DNA from: Candidatus Hydrogenedentota bacterium
GTDB taxonomy: Bacteria; Hydrogenedentota; Hydrogenedentia; Hydrogenedentales; SLHB01
Direction of reading: 5' to 3'
DNA length: 64,000 nucleotides
Assembly: GCA_963745075.1 (NCBI GenBank)
Contig: CAVUWV010000031.1
Coordinates: forward strand, 256,001-320,000
Position numbers and translations under genes: made by a program. Positions within the stretch are counted from its first letter, which is position 1, and each line of letters begins with the position of its first letter. Below, one piece after another: positions 22,265-32,550 of this stretch. The notes under the pieces were generated by a model that saw only the letters and a list, made by a program, of their open reading frames with translations, was not told the DNA's origin and searched no databases.

Positions 22265-23518
22265 CTATTGCGCGGCGGTCATCTTGGCCACTGACGTCGT
22301 TTCGTCGAGGACCTCGCCGTCGATTCCGACGGCTTTGTACGATGCGCGATCGGCCGTGACATCCACCACCCACACATGGTTGACGCCCATAGCAACGGCC
22401 TCGTACCAGCGCCGCTGCCGGTCGACGTTCCGGGGATCGACGCCCCAGGATCCGTCCCCCAGATAGATCACCCCGCCTTCGGCGACCTGGCCGTTCGTGA
22501 TGGGCTTGGTTCGTTTCATGGTGTGATCGTGGTTCTCGAAAGCCGCCGTCAATCCATATTCGTCAAAAACGGGTTCCCAATAGGTTTGGCCCCGCTCGGA
22601 CGACGTTCCATCAAAGTCGCGATGACTTGGATACAGCGGCACGTGGTACACGGCGAAGGTAAACGGGACGTTTTGCAGTTCGGAAAGCGCGCCGTCGAGC
22701 CATGCGGCCTGTTCCCCGTCATGGCTCGCAATGTGACCGGAATCGAGGACCAGGAAGGCCATATTGGCGCCGAAGATGCGGTCAAAATAGGTCTGGCCCG
22801 CCTGGGAACCGAAATAGGCGAAGTAGAATGGCGCCCGCACAGCGGGGTCCGTCGACGCGCTATCGTTGACTTCGTGATTGCCAATGGCCGCGAGCACCGG
22901 GATCATGCGTCCGTCGGAGGTTCGCATCAGTTCGTCCCAATTCTCGAACCAGCGATCCCAGTCTCGGTACTCCTTGAGATTACCGTTGGCGTAGGCGATG
23001 TCGCCACCGACGACGGCAAAGTCCGGATCCTGTTCCGCCGCCACGCGGAGCATCCGGCGCGTCCGCCGGGTCGTGTCCATGTCGCCGCCGGCGACAAAGC
23101 GGATGGGCCCGTCGCCGTCGGCAATGGTGCGAAACGAACGCTCGTCGGTGTAGCCCCCGCCAACGTCGCCGGCCACGAAATAGTACGTGGTTCCGGGTTC
23201 CAGTCCGGTCAGGGACACCTGATGAATCGTGCGAGTGACCGGAAGCCCCGGAATGCGCGTCTGCGTTCCTTCGGCTGCAAAAGCGTAGGTATCGGCCATG
23301 CCGTTTCGGGAGACGGTGTCGTAGCGGACGGTCGTCGTGTCCGACAGGTCCTGCGTCTGGTAGCCGATCGTAATGGAGGTGCTGGGATCGCCGGGGTACG
23401 TGAGGTACACGTACTCCGGGCGTGAGCAGGCCGAGGGCGCAGCGCCCAGGACGCCCGCGGCCAGAATAACCGCTAGTAGAAGATTGCGAACGGTCGGACG
23501 TGACGGTTTGGTTACCAT
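22265..23518 (-). CDS. Secreted purple-acid-phosphatase-type metallophosphoesterase with FN3-like domain
   Basis: Signal peptide, HQVSLTGLEPGTTYY, GGD, GGDIAY, GNHE, YHVPLYPS, ENHDH. Confidence 0.9.
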   Translation of the reverse strand: MVTKPSRPTVRNLLLAVILAAGVLGAAPSACSRPEYVYLTYPGDPSTSITIGYQTQDLSDTTTVRYDTVSRNGMADTYAFAAEGTQTRIPGLPVTRTIHQVSLTGLEPGTTYYFVAGDVGGGYTDERSFRTIADGDGPIRFVAGGDMDTTRRTRRMLRVAAEQDPDFAVVGGDIAYANGNLKEYRDWDRWFENWDELMRTSDGRMIPVLAAIGNHEVNDSASTDPAVRAPFYFAYFGSQAGQTYFDRIFGANMAFLVLDSGHIASHDGEQAAWLDGALSELQNVPFTFAVYHVPLYPSHRDFDGTSSERGQTYWEPVFDEYGLTAAFENHDHTMKRTKPITNGQVAEGGVIYLGDGSWGVDPRNVDRQRRWYEAVAMGVNHVWVVDVTADRASYKAVGIDGEVLDETTSVAKMTAAQ

Positions 23519-23723
23519 GCGAATGACTCCTGGCGCCCTCGCTAAGGGCGTGCGACCTTGAAAACGCGGTTAGCGCCGAATATTTGATGCGGGAACGAAC
23601 TCATGTCTACCACAGGCGCGTTCCCGGTTCCAAACGAAATCCAACACAAGGTTTGAGCGCTTCGGCGCGAGTTGTTATGCTCACCGCGCTTCCATCACCC
23701 AGAATTACCGGAAACATTCCCGC

Positions 23724-25013
23724 ATGGACGAACAAGAGACGGCATCCGATCGCGACTCGAACGCGAGTGAGACTCCAGTCGATGCTACGCCCGCAGCGGG
23801 CCGTAGGCGTCGCGGAGCCTTGTCTTTCGTCGTTGTGTTTCTGGTCGTCACGGTTATACTCTTGGCGCTCGGGCGCTACGCCGTCAATACGCGGTTCATG
23901 AACTGGTATCTGTATCAGGTGGCCCATAACACGTCGGCTATTCTGAATATCATCGGATACTCGAGCCATCTCGAAGACCTCACGATGTATCAGGACCGGT
24001 CGGCGGACGTGCGGGCGGAACTCGATGCGTGGCGAAACGGTGATGACGCATCCGAGCAACCAAATCGGCCTCACGATTCCGGACCGTTGACGTCATACGA
24101 GATCTGGCAATACCGCTCAATGCTGCTGGCGCGCCAAGCCGCGTACACCGACGCCATGATCGAACTGCTCGAGTCGCAAACGAAGCCCGTGGCCGCTTCG
24201 GACCAGGAACGCATCACGCAGTTGCGCGCAGCACTCGATCGGTTGAAGGAGTCCACGCGGTACGAGGGGCCGAATGGAACCATGCAGGCCATGCCGCCAG
24301 AGATGGGCGCGCTAGTCCAGTCGTGCGAGGAAACGCTTCGGGCGTTGGAACAAGGGCAACGACCGGACAACGTGCCGCTCTCGGACGTGTTGGACCAGTT
24401 GGATAAGCAGATTGCGGCAGGCGTCGAACGGCAACGAGCCTATCTCAAGAACCGCGCGGTGCAACTTTCGATTCAGATTCACGATCGGCATGGACCGACG
24501 GTGGATTTCATCGCCAAGGCGGGTTTGACGACGCAACTTCGCGAGTCGGAGGAAGAACTTAATCGGGTGGAGCAGAATACGGCATTGAGCGCGTCAGAAC
24601 GAAAAGCCCAGGCCCAGAAACTGCAACAACAGGTCAAGAACTTGAAGACCGCCCGCGAGCGGGCAGACAAACAACGCGACACGGAAGCGGACATGGACAA
24701 GCGGTTCCGATTCAACGTCGTGCCGGATTGCGGGGCGTTACCGAGCATGTCCATCTTTTTTGCGGCGATGCTGGCCTTTCCCACGGACTTCCGGAAACGA
24801 CTCCTCGGATTGGCAATCGGGCTGCCGTTGCTGTACGGAATCAATATTGCGCGCCTGACCTGCCTGGCTTTGATCGGCGCGTACACGGGTAATGGGCGGA
24901 TCTTTGAGTTCGCGCACGAGTACGTATGGCAGGCGGTGTATATTGTGTTTGTGGTGATCATCTGGTTGATGTGGGTCGAGTTCATCGTGCGACCGGGGAG
25001 AAACAACCAATGA
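23724..25013 (+). CDS. Exosortase H-like transpeptidase with large helical insertions
   Basis: VVPDCG (C336), AAMLAFP, NIAR (R377), FEFAHEYVWQ (H398). 429 aa, against roughly 170-200 aa for typical XrtH. Confidence 0.85.
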   Translation: MDEQETASDRDSNASETPVDATPAAGRRRRGALSFVVVFLVVTVILLALGRYAVNTRFMNWYLYQVAHNTSAILNIIGYSSHLEDLTMYQDRSADVRAELDAWRNGDDASEQPNRPHDSGPLTSYEIWQYRSMLLARQAAYTDAMIELLESQTKPVAASDQERITQLRAALDRLKESTRYEGPNGTMQAMPPEMGALVQSCEETLRALEQGQRPDNVPLSDVLDQLDKQIAAGVERQRAYLKNRAVQLSIQIHDRHGPTVDFIAKAGLTTQLRESEEELNRVEQNTALSASERKAQAQKLQQQVKNLKTARERADKQRDTEADMDKRFRFNVVPDCGALPSMSIFFAAMLAFPTDFRKRLLGLAIGLPLLYGINIARLTCLALIGAYTGNGRIFEFAHEYVWQAVYIVFVVIIWLMWVEFIVRPGRNNQ

Positions 25014-25015
25014 AG

Positions 25016-25176
25016 AACATCCCCCTTGATCCCCCTTCAAAGGGGGAAATCTACGCGACGCTTTGCGTCGCGCCAAGTCCACTTGGCGACTCACAACGTG
25101 ATCTTTCAAAGTGCGATATAACCTCACTAAGCGGTGCACGTAATTCCTCCTTTGAAGGGGGCTCAAGGGGGATGTT
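25016..25176. repeat. 33-bp inverted repeat pair (REP-like, second family)
   Basis: AACATCCCCCTTGATCCCCCTTCAAAGGGGGAA (25016-25048) against its reverse complement at 25144-25176, with 2 mismatches. Confidence 0.8.
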
Positions 25177-25206
25177 TCATTTTCGCACCTGGCGATGATG
25201 AACGGT

Positions 25207-25242
25207 CGATTACGATAATGATTACGAGCACGATTACGATCG
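25207..25242. repeat. Degenerate hexamer tandem repeat
   Basis: CGATTA CGATAA TGATTA CGAGCA CGATTA CGATCG. Confidence 0.65.
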
Positions 25243-25292
25243 AGATCACACGAGGGGTTACGGACAAGTCCTCGGTAGTCGGATAAAGGACC

Positions 25293-25835
25293 ATGCCACG
25301 CGATAATCGCATACGACGTTTTCTCTGGTTCGCCGTCAAGGTGTTGCTGGCGATCCCCGTCTGCCTGGCGCTGTGGTGGTGGATGCTGCCGGTGTACGCA
25401 TGGTTCATCGGGGAAATCGCGGCGGTGTTTCTGCGTTTCCCGTGCGGCTACGCGATCGACGGCGTGACGGTCGCTCCTTCGGGGATTCTCAACACCGGCA
25501 CGATGCTGGGGTTCAAACTGGGGGACCACAACCCGTCGCTTCCCATCGCACAGCTCGTCAGCAATATCGCGACCTACGCCGCCCTCGTCATCGCCACGTC
25601 GGGTATTACGCTGAAACGCCGCGCCGCCATCGGTGCCATTGGATTCGCCATCCTTGCCGCCGGCCACGTCACATATCTGGTCCTTGCCTTCGCATTCTCC
25701 AATGCCATGGCCCAGAACCCCGTCCTGCCCACCGCCATCGCCCAGGCCTTCATCACCCTCCCCTTCGTCCTCTGGATCGCCCTCGCCTACTGGGCGCAAG
25801 CGGACTGGTTGCGGGGCGGGGAGGGGAAGCAATAA
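25293..25835 (+). CDS. Exosortase H-associated membrane protein (Cys-less exosortase-like fold)
   Basis: Follows the exosortase. LLAIPVCLALWW..Y, YAALVIAT....KR....G..IL...H and LPFVLWI pattern across about 4 TMs. AAGGA RBS. Confidence 0.65.
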   Translation: MPRDNRIRRFLWFAVKVLLAIPVCLALWWWMLPVYAWFIGEIAAVFLRFPCGYAIDGVTVAPSGILNTGTMLGFKLGDHNPSLPIAQLVSNIATYAALVIATSGITLKRRAAIGAIGFAILAAGHVTYLVLAFAFSNAMAQNPVLPTAIAQAFITLPFVLWIALAYWAQADWLRGGEGKQ

Positions 25836-25916
25836 AAGGCGAGAGAAGACTAAGAACCTCTATCGACAATTGATAACCAATTGTCGCGCAACCATGTCGG
25901 AGGTCGAATCCGAATT

Positions 25917-25986
25917 TAGCGCAGGCGTCTCGCCTGCAGAATCGCTGGGTCAAGCTATGCCAGATGCAGGCGAGACGCCTGCGCTA
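25917..25986. repeat. REPIN-like pair of inverted 22-bp palindromic repeats
   Basis: TAGCGCAGGCGTCTCGCCTGCA (25917-25938) and its exact reverse complement (25965-25986). Same GGCGTCTCGCC core as at 12250. Confidence 0.85.
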
Positions 25987-26227
25987 CATTTCGCATGTCA
26001 TTCGTATAGGGATCTTGTTGGAGATTCTAGTTGGAAACGAGGCATATTGGACCAAACGGCCACGCAATGCGAACCGACGATCGGGATTACTCCGATTCCG
26101 CCTCACGCGTCATTTCCGAAGCTCGATATCACCGGCCGAGAACGGCGCATCCTCCCACTAAGAAATGTGCTCCATCAAGCTATACACGTATTTATATATT
26201 ATGAATACACCAGACATTCATCCAATA

Positions 26228-26593
26228 TCACATCTTGAAGGCGCCATAGGCCCCGAAAGCACTAACGATGGACAACGCGCACACGCCAACGACGCCGACC
26301 CAGAAAAACACCGGCAGCTTCCGGCTGAGAAGGTAGAGGGCAGCGGCGACCACTCCCGTGACGAGCCAGAGTGACCACATCATCAGAGTATCGTGCGGGT
26401 GGGTCACGATGGCGAAGGGGATGAAGACGGGCAGGCCCGGCAGGAGTTTCAGCCACGAGCGCCAGTAATCGTTCCATGGGTAGTCCATGAGGAAGAACCA
26501 GGACTGAGGCAGGTAGAGCGCGATCAGAATGCACGCCACGGCCAAACCGCGGTGGACGCGGCGTGGCTTTGAATCGCTGTCCGTCAGACTCAT
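26228..26593 (-). CDS. Small integral membrane protein
   Basis: Four hydrophobic segments. No family recognised. Confidence 0.6.
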   Translation of the reverse strand: MSLTDSDSKPRRVHRGLAVACILIALYLPQSWFFLMDYPWNDYWRSWLKLLPGLPVFIPFAIVTHPHDTLMMWSLWLVTGVVAAALYLLSRKLPVFFWVGVVGVCALSIVSAFGAYGAFKM

Positions 26594-26727
26594 GCAGCGT
26601 TCCTCCGTGTCAAAATCCGCCTTGCGCGGCGGGATCGCTTTCCCGGCGTTGTGCGTGCGGGCCATGGGATTGCCGCAAGCTGGTGCCGAGGTGCTTTCCC
26701 GGTTCAGCGCGGTCCCGCAAGAACGCG

Positions 26728-29057
26728 TTACCCTTCAACCGCTTTTTCTTCGCCGCTGAAGTATTCCTGCAACCAGCGGCAGTCGATCACCTTCTCCACG
26801 AGATCCAGAGGCAAGTAGAAATACTGGCAGGAAGGTTCAAACCCGATTCGCGAATCCTGTTGCACGAGCGAGAAGAGTTCGCGGGCCAAGGCAATCTCGG
26901 ATTCGAGCGTTTGGTCGATTTGGTCGAGCAGTTCCTGGCGCTGTTCGGGCGACAGGGTCGGTTGCGGGATCGGCGAGGGCGTCGCGGGCTTGGACGAAGC
27001 GGGCCTGGTTGGCGACGGATTGGAAATGGATCGCGGCGGCACGGGCCAGACGCAGGTCGCCTTCGGCGTCAGGACGGCGGTCCGGCGGCGCATTGTCAAC
27101 GGCCAATTGCAGTTCTTCGATGCCCGGTCGCCAGCCCCGGGCAATCTTCTCGAATTGCGCCGCGAAGACCTCGGGAGGATAGGGACCGCGCCAACCGTCC
27201 AGATCGTCATAGGGGATTCCCCACATGGTGGCGCTGTAGCCGGTCTTCTCCGCGATAAAGCGGATTGGCCGCGCCCCATTGCACGGGTGAAGTGTAGACC
27301 ACGCTGATGTGGAAAGGATATTCGCGGAAGGCCTCGCTCATTAGCGTCCACGCCTTGCGCGCGTGGGTTGCGCCTTCGGGACCAAACCGCTCCAGCGCCA
27401 AGTCATCCAACGCGGTGTCCATACTCAGCGCCGGCGTGCGGCTCATACGCGCGGCCAATTGAAAGTTCGGGGATGGGTACCCGCCCATGGTCCAGCCGAT
27501 GAGCATTGCGTCCAGCTTAACGGGCTGGAGATTGCGGCAATGCTCCGCGATGAGGTCAAGCACGGGAAGATAGGGAATGCTGGCGATTTCGCAGGTATTG
27601 TTGAACTGAATCTCCGTGCCAACCTTTAGACCACGATCGCGCGCGGCCTTCCAGTGGGCCTGCGACCGCGGGCCCGGGCCCACGGCGGAGATCGAGTACT
27701 CCCCTACCGTGGATTTGATGCCGCCGCGCTCGATGGGCAGATGCCATTCGCTGACCGACATGAGCCAGACCGATTCCGGGAGCCGCGCGATGATGTCCGG
27801 AGCATCGCCGTGGCCCCGCCACCCCCAATCTGATATGAGGACGTTGGCCTCGGGGTTGCCGCGATGGACGCCTTCTTCCAGCACGGACACGACCTCGGTA
27901 AGGATATCGGCGTCGCTCCGGTCTTTGCAGTGCGCACAGGAGCGCCAGCCGCCGTGAGACGCGCAATTGGTCAGGTTTTCCGACGCCGTGATTGCATAGA
28001 TCCCGCCCAGGTCCGGAACTTCGTGAAAGATGTGCGCGAGCGCATCGCTCATCCACCGACGCACCGCTGGATGGGAAGTACACATCGCCGTGAGTTCAGC
28101 TTCCTGGACACCGGCCATTTCAGGACGGCCATCGAAAAACGCCTTCGGCATCGCCCGGGGTTCGTTGACGTAGAGATACACGTTGATGCCGAACTTGGCC
28201 GCGCGCTCGACCAATGCACGAAGGTTGCCCAGGCGCTCCTCGTGGCCGGCGCCAAACTCGGGGAACGCGGCTCCACCCGGCGCCAAATCCCGCAACACGG
28301 CCTGTAGCCAAACGCCATTGATACCGGAAGCCGAAAGCCGCTGAAGCAAACCGTCCGGGTAGGGGTCCAGGTGGGGATTCAGCAAGGGGTCGCCGTACAC
28401 GGCAACATAGGAATAGACGAGGCGCTGCACGGGAGCCCGAGCGTTCTCCCGCTGCGGCGGCGTGTAGTTCGGAATGGGCGCGCTCAGTTGCCGGACGAAA
28501 TCGAAACGTGGTTCCCCGGGCCGGCGAATCGCGTCTCCAAACTCCGCTTCGACCACGTGACGAATCTCGGCGGCGCGTCGCTGTGCGGCTTCATCAGGCG
28601 CTTGAAAGCGGAGCGGTTCGCACGCCGGCTTCAACCGGCCCAGCTTGATCCACAAAAAGTCCTCTTCCCGCAGCATGTGGTCCAGGCGCTCGGGCGTCAT
28701 ATCCAATAATTCCAGCAACTGGTTGTATGGCAGTAGATGCCAGTTGCGCCGGATGAGCGTGAGGTATCCCCGTTCCATCATTTCGGTTGGAATCGTTGGA
28801 GCGGGGGGCAATCCCATCGACTCGGCCAGTGCGGTGACGTCCAACTCGGAAGCGCCGAGTATCATTGCGAGCTTGGCGGGTTCGACGGCGTTCCAGTTGC
28901 GCCAAACGAACTCGTGGACGCGGTCGGGGAAATAACGGCTCGTGATAGGTGCGGGCGCACTACCGATTGGGAGAATCGGTTCCTCTGCCAAGATCTGCAA
29001 CGGCAACATGAGAAGGTAGACACACGACAGTGCGATGTAAAATAAGGGTTTTACCAT
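26728..29057 (-). CDS. Secreted hypothetical protein with probable glycoside-hydrolase-like TIM barrel (2 frameshifts)
   Basis: Signal peptide, GINGVWL, AKFGINVYLYVNEP, FHEVPDLGGI..ITASE. Continues through ORFs 26837..27226 and 26728..27351 (DSRIGFEPSCQYFY). Confidence 0.7.
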
Positions 29058-29109
29058 ATCGATTTGTCCTGCCTGCCAACCCGTCACTATTGACTGCGCG
29101 AAACGCAAA

Positions 29110-30748
29110 TTAGAATTCGTTCCGGCCGGTGAAAATGGATCCGGTGGCATCATCGAGACTCACCACGTCGTCTTCGCGCGCATCGACGCGGTAGTGGGTC
29201 CCCATGGACCGGCGATTGCGCCATGCGGAATGGGCGACGATTCGCGCTGTCTGGGCGATGTTCCGCAGTCCAATCAGTTCGTCCGTGAGGCGGTTAGCGC
29301 GATAGAATTCATCGATGTCGTCGAGCAGATGGTTGAGTTCGCGCAAGGCGCGCGCCAGGCGGGATGTGCTGCGCGCCAGACCGACGTAGAGCCACATGAT
29401 GTCCTGAACGGTCTGGACGTCGCGAATCATCAACACCGGGTCGGGGACGGAGTTGTGTTCGGCGCTCACCCAGGGGGGCACTTCGTAGCGCGCGTTTTCC
29501 GGTCGCCTATGGGTTTTGGCGATGTGTTCGGCGGACCGGTATCCCCACACCAACCCTTCCAACAGCGACGTACTCGCGAGCCGGTTGGCGCCGTGCAGGC
29601 CGGTGCAACTGACTTCGCCGACCGCGTAGAGGTCTTCGATGCTGGTTCTCCCCCACTCGTCGACAAGCACCCCGCCGCAGGCGTAGTGCGCGGCCGGCAC
29701 CACGGGAATGGGCTCCTTCGTAATGTCGAGACCGGCTTCGAGACATTTGGCGTAAATGGTGGGAAATCGCTCGCGGATGAAGTCGGGGCGCATGGTACTC
29801 GTGAGGTCCAGCAAGACATGAGGGTAGCCGTGGGTCACCATCTCCTGATGGATGGCACGGGCGACGATATCGCGTGGCGCGAGGTCTCCCCACTTAGGAG
29901 CGTATTCGGTCATGAAATGTCGACCGTCCGGGGTGAAAAGTTGCGCACCTTCTCCGCGAACGGCTTCGGAAATCAGGAAATTGTGCGCGCCCGTCAACGC
30001 CAGCGTCGTGGGATGAAACTGGATGTACTCCGCGTTTTCGATCCGGGCACCGGCCCGATTGGCCATGGCGAGTCCGTCGCCGCGTGCCCCGGGAGGGTTG
30101 GTCGTATTGCGGTAAATACGGCCGAGGCCGCCGGTGGCGAGAATGGTGGCCCCGGCGAGAATGGTTTCGACGCGGCCATCGGCCTGGTTCAACACGTAGG
30201 CCCCCAGACAGCGCGTCGGCTCGTACCGTGACTGGGGGTCGCGAACGTGGTGGGACGTTCGTGATGAGATCCACCGTCGTCGCGCCGGTTCGCATGGTCA
30301 CGTTCGGGAATTCCGCGAGACGGGCCAGCAGCGCTTCCTCGATGGCACGACCCGTCGCATCGCCCACGTGGAGAATTCGTCGGGCGGAATGGCCGCCTTC
30401 TTTCGTATACGACAGGCTGCCGTCGTCTTCGCAATCGAAGGCTACGCCCGCATCTTTGATAAGGATCTCATCGACGAGGCGGCTTCCTTCTTCGGCGAGA
30501 ATGCGTGCGGCGCGGTCGAGGCCGGCGCCGGCACCCGCCGCGACAATGTCTTGAACGAGCTTTTCGGCCGTGTCCTTCGGGCCGAGCGTCACAATTCCAC
30601 CCTGGGCGTAGCGCGTATTGCACTCACCTGGTGTTCCCGCGCGGGTGACCAGAAGAATCTGGCGTTCGCGATCCTTTGCGAGTTGGAGCGCGGCAGTCGC
30701 GCCGCCAATCCCGCAACCGGCTATCAGCACATCGATGTTCGTGTTCAT
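29110..30748 (-). CDS. nadB: L-aspartate oxidase (frameshift near 30250)
   Basis: IAGCGIGG, YAQGGI, EGGHSARRILH..DATG, QFHPT, LISEAVRGEG, LAPRDIVARAI, PAAHYACGG, GLHGANRLASTSLLE. Confidence 0.95.
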
Positions 30749-30876
30749 GGTGTGGTACTTGACCTCAAAAGGAACCCTCCCGATCATTGCGACAGGAAGG
30801 CTACATGCTGACAGAACCCGCCCCCTGACTCAAGAACTGATTTGGCCGAAACTGCGCTGGGCTGATTCCTGTCGAG

Positions 30877-31362
30877 TCACGATTCCCGCAAGAGTACCGC
30901 GAATTCCAGCCCATCGGATGGGCGATGGAATCGCTGCGCCGCGCGCAAGCCGGCGCGTTCGCAAACACGAAGCGCCCGTTGGTTGAACGTCGCGACGGTC
31001 ACGCGAAACGCAGTGGGATGGAATTGCTCGACGCCGAAGGAAAGGCCCGCCTGCAAGACGGACAACCCGAGCCCTCGTCCGGTCAGGTCTGGACGCAGCC
31101 CGCCGCCCGTGTCCAGGGCGTCTTCCGTATAGTCGCCGCCTGGCACCCGCGCCTTCATCCCGAAACAGCGAAAGGCAACCGATTCTCCCAATCCGTCCGT
31201 AACGGCGAAGTAGCCCTTCGATGGATCGGCACGTGCGCGAATTGCCTCGTCTGCGCCGACGGAATCCGCGGCGAGGTTGTAGAGCGCGTAGGGCGGGGCA
31301 TAGCGCCAGCGGGCAATCTCGTGCGCGAGCGCTTCACTCATTGGTTGGAAATGCAGTTGCAT
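30877..31362 (-). CDS. GNAT family N-acetyltransferase
   Basis: WRYAPPYALYN, GGLRPDLTGRGLG, VATFNQRALRVCERAG. Confidence 0.88.
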   Translation of the reverse strand: MQLHFQPMSEALAHEIARWRYAPPYALYNLAADSVGADEAIRARADPSKGYFAVTDGLGESVAFRCFGMKARVPGGDYTEDALDTGGGLRPDLTGRGLGLSVLQAGLSFGVEQFHPTAFRVTVATFNQRALRVCERAGLRAAQRFHRPSDGLEFAVLLRES

Positions 31363-31374
31363 TGGACATCCCGT

Positions 31375-32185
31375 TCAATCCGCCAAATCCCGAATCTTCT
31401 CCGCAACGAAGATCATTTCGGGGGATTCGTCGGAGAAGAGTGAACGATCGAAGTTCCCATACAGATTGACGACCCTGAACCCGCAGCGGTCGAGGAGATG
31501 TTCGACTTCGTAACGGAAAAAGTACCGGAACGGGAATGCGTGTACGACGCGTTCTTCGCTTCCATCCGGATCGGTTACGTCATAGATGAGTTCGAACGTC
31601 CATGACTTGTTGAACCCGATGCAGCGCGACGATGCGCTGCGCCTGACGCAAGGTTCTACCGTGTGGAAGTGGAACCGTCGATCGATCCTCCTTTTCCTTG
31701 TAGGACTCGGGATCGCAAAGGTACTGCAGATTCGGATGAAAGATATCGAGGATTAGGATCCGGCCCGCTTCGAGGTGACGGTTCACGCATCGTAAGCAGG
31801 CAATTTGATCTTCGACGGCCACCAAGTGTTGAAAAGACCGAAACGGGGTCGTAACGAGGGCGAAATTCTCCTCGAGATCGAAGTTGGTCATGTCGCCCTG
31901 GACGGTGCGGGCGCGGCTTTGGACCTCTTGTGGTGCGCGCTTCAGTCTTCCGCGGCACTTTTTGAGCATGGGTTCAGAGAGATCGAGTCCGACAATCCGG
32001 CAGCCAGCCTCGGCAACGGGCACGAGCACCCGGCCGGTACCGCATCCCATTTCAAGGGTCGTCCCGTTCGCGGACCGTGCGCTTGATACGTAAAAACCAA
32101 CATCCTTCCGAGCCGAATAGGCCGGAATCTGGTCGTACAACTCCGCCAGCGCTGGCAGGTCCGAATAGCCGCCGTATTTGCCCAT
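31375..32185 (-). CDS. Class I SAM-dependent methyltransferase (frameshift near 31590)
   Basis: LEMGCGTGRV, GLDLSEPML, QGDM, PFRSFQHL. The shifted C-terminus reads RYFFRYEVEHLLDRCGF...EMIFVAEK, ending at 31375. Confidence 0.88.
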
Positions 32186-32550
32186 ACGTGTCGAAACTCC
32201 CCGAATGCGTGGAAGACGAACCAATCTCAATTCTTGCGGTGTCATGCGCATTGGAAACGTGTATGCAATATACCCGTTGACGGCATCGCGGCACCGGGTT
32301 ATATTCAAGGCGGGGTTAGCCCGTGCGGTTCGCGGGCCGGTCCATGGGGGCATCTCGGCTATGAGACGGAGGGACCTGAATGTCGATCCTGTCGATTCTG
32401 TGCTACTTCCTCGAGATCCTGTATCGAATCTTCGGAGGTGTTCCGATTCTGGGAAACCTCATCGCAAATCTTGGCTCATCGCTCTGTGACTGAGACAACG
32501 TGATTTCACCGCCCCGTCCGCCATCCTGGAGGACGGGGCGTTGTCCGTTC

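Noticed and set aside
25633..26238. 201-aa plus-strand ORF
   Set aside because: Overlaps the partner gene out of frame and runs through REP repeats; low-complexity translation.
30749..30876. Possible NAD-related riboswitch upstream of nadB
   Set aside because: No recognisable conserved structure; an Infernal/Rfam search would be needed.
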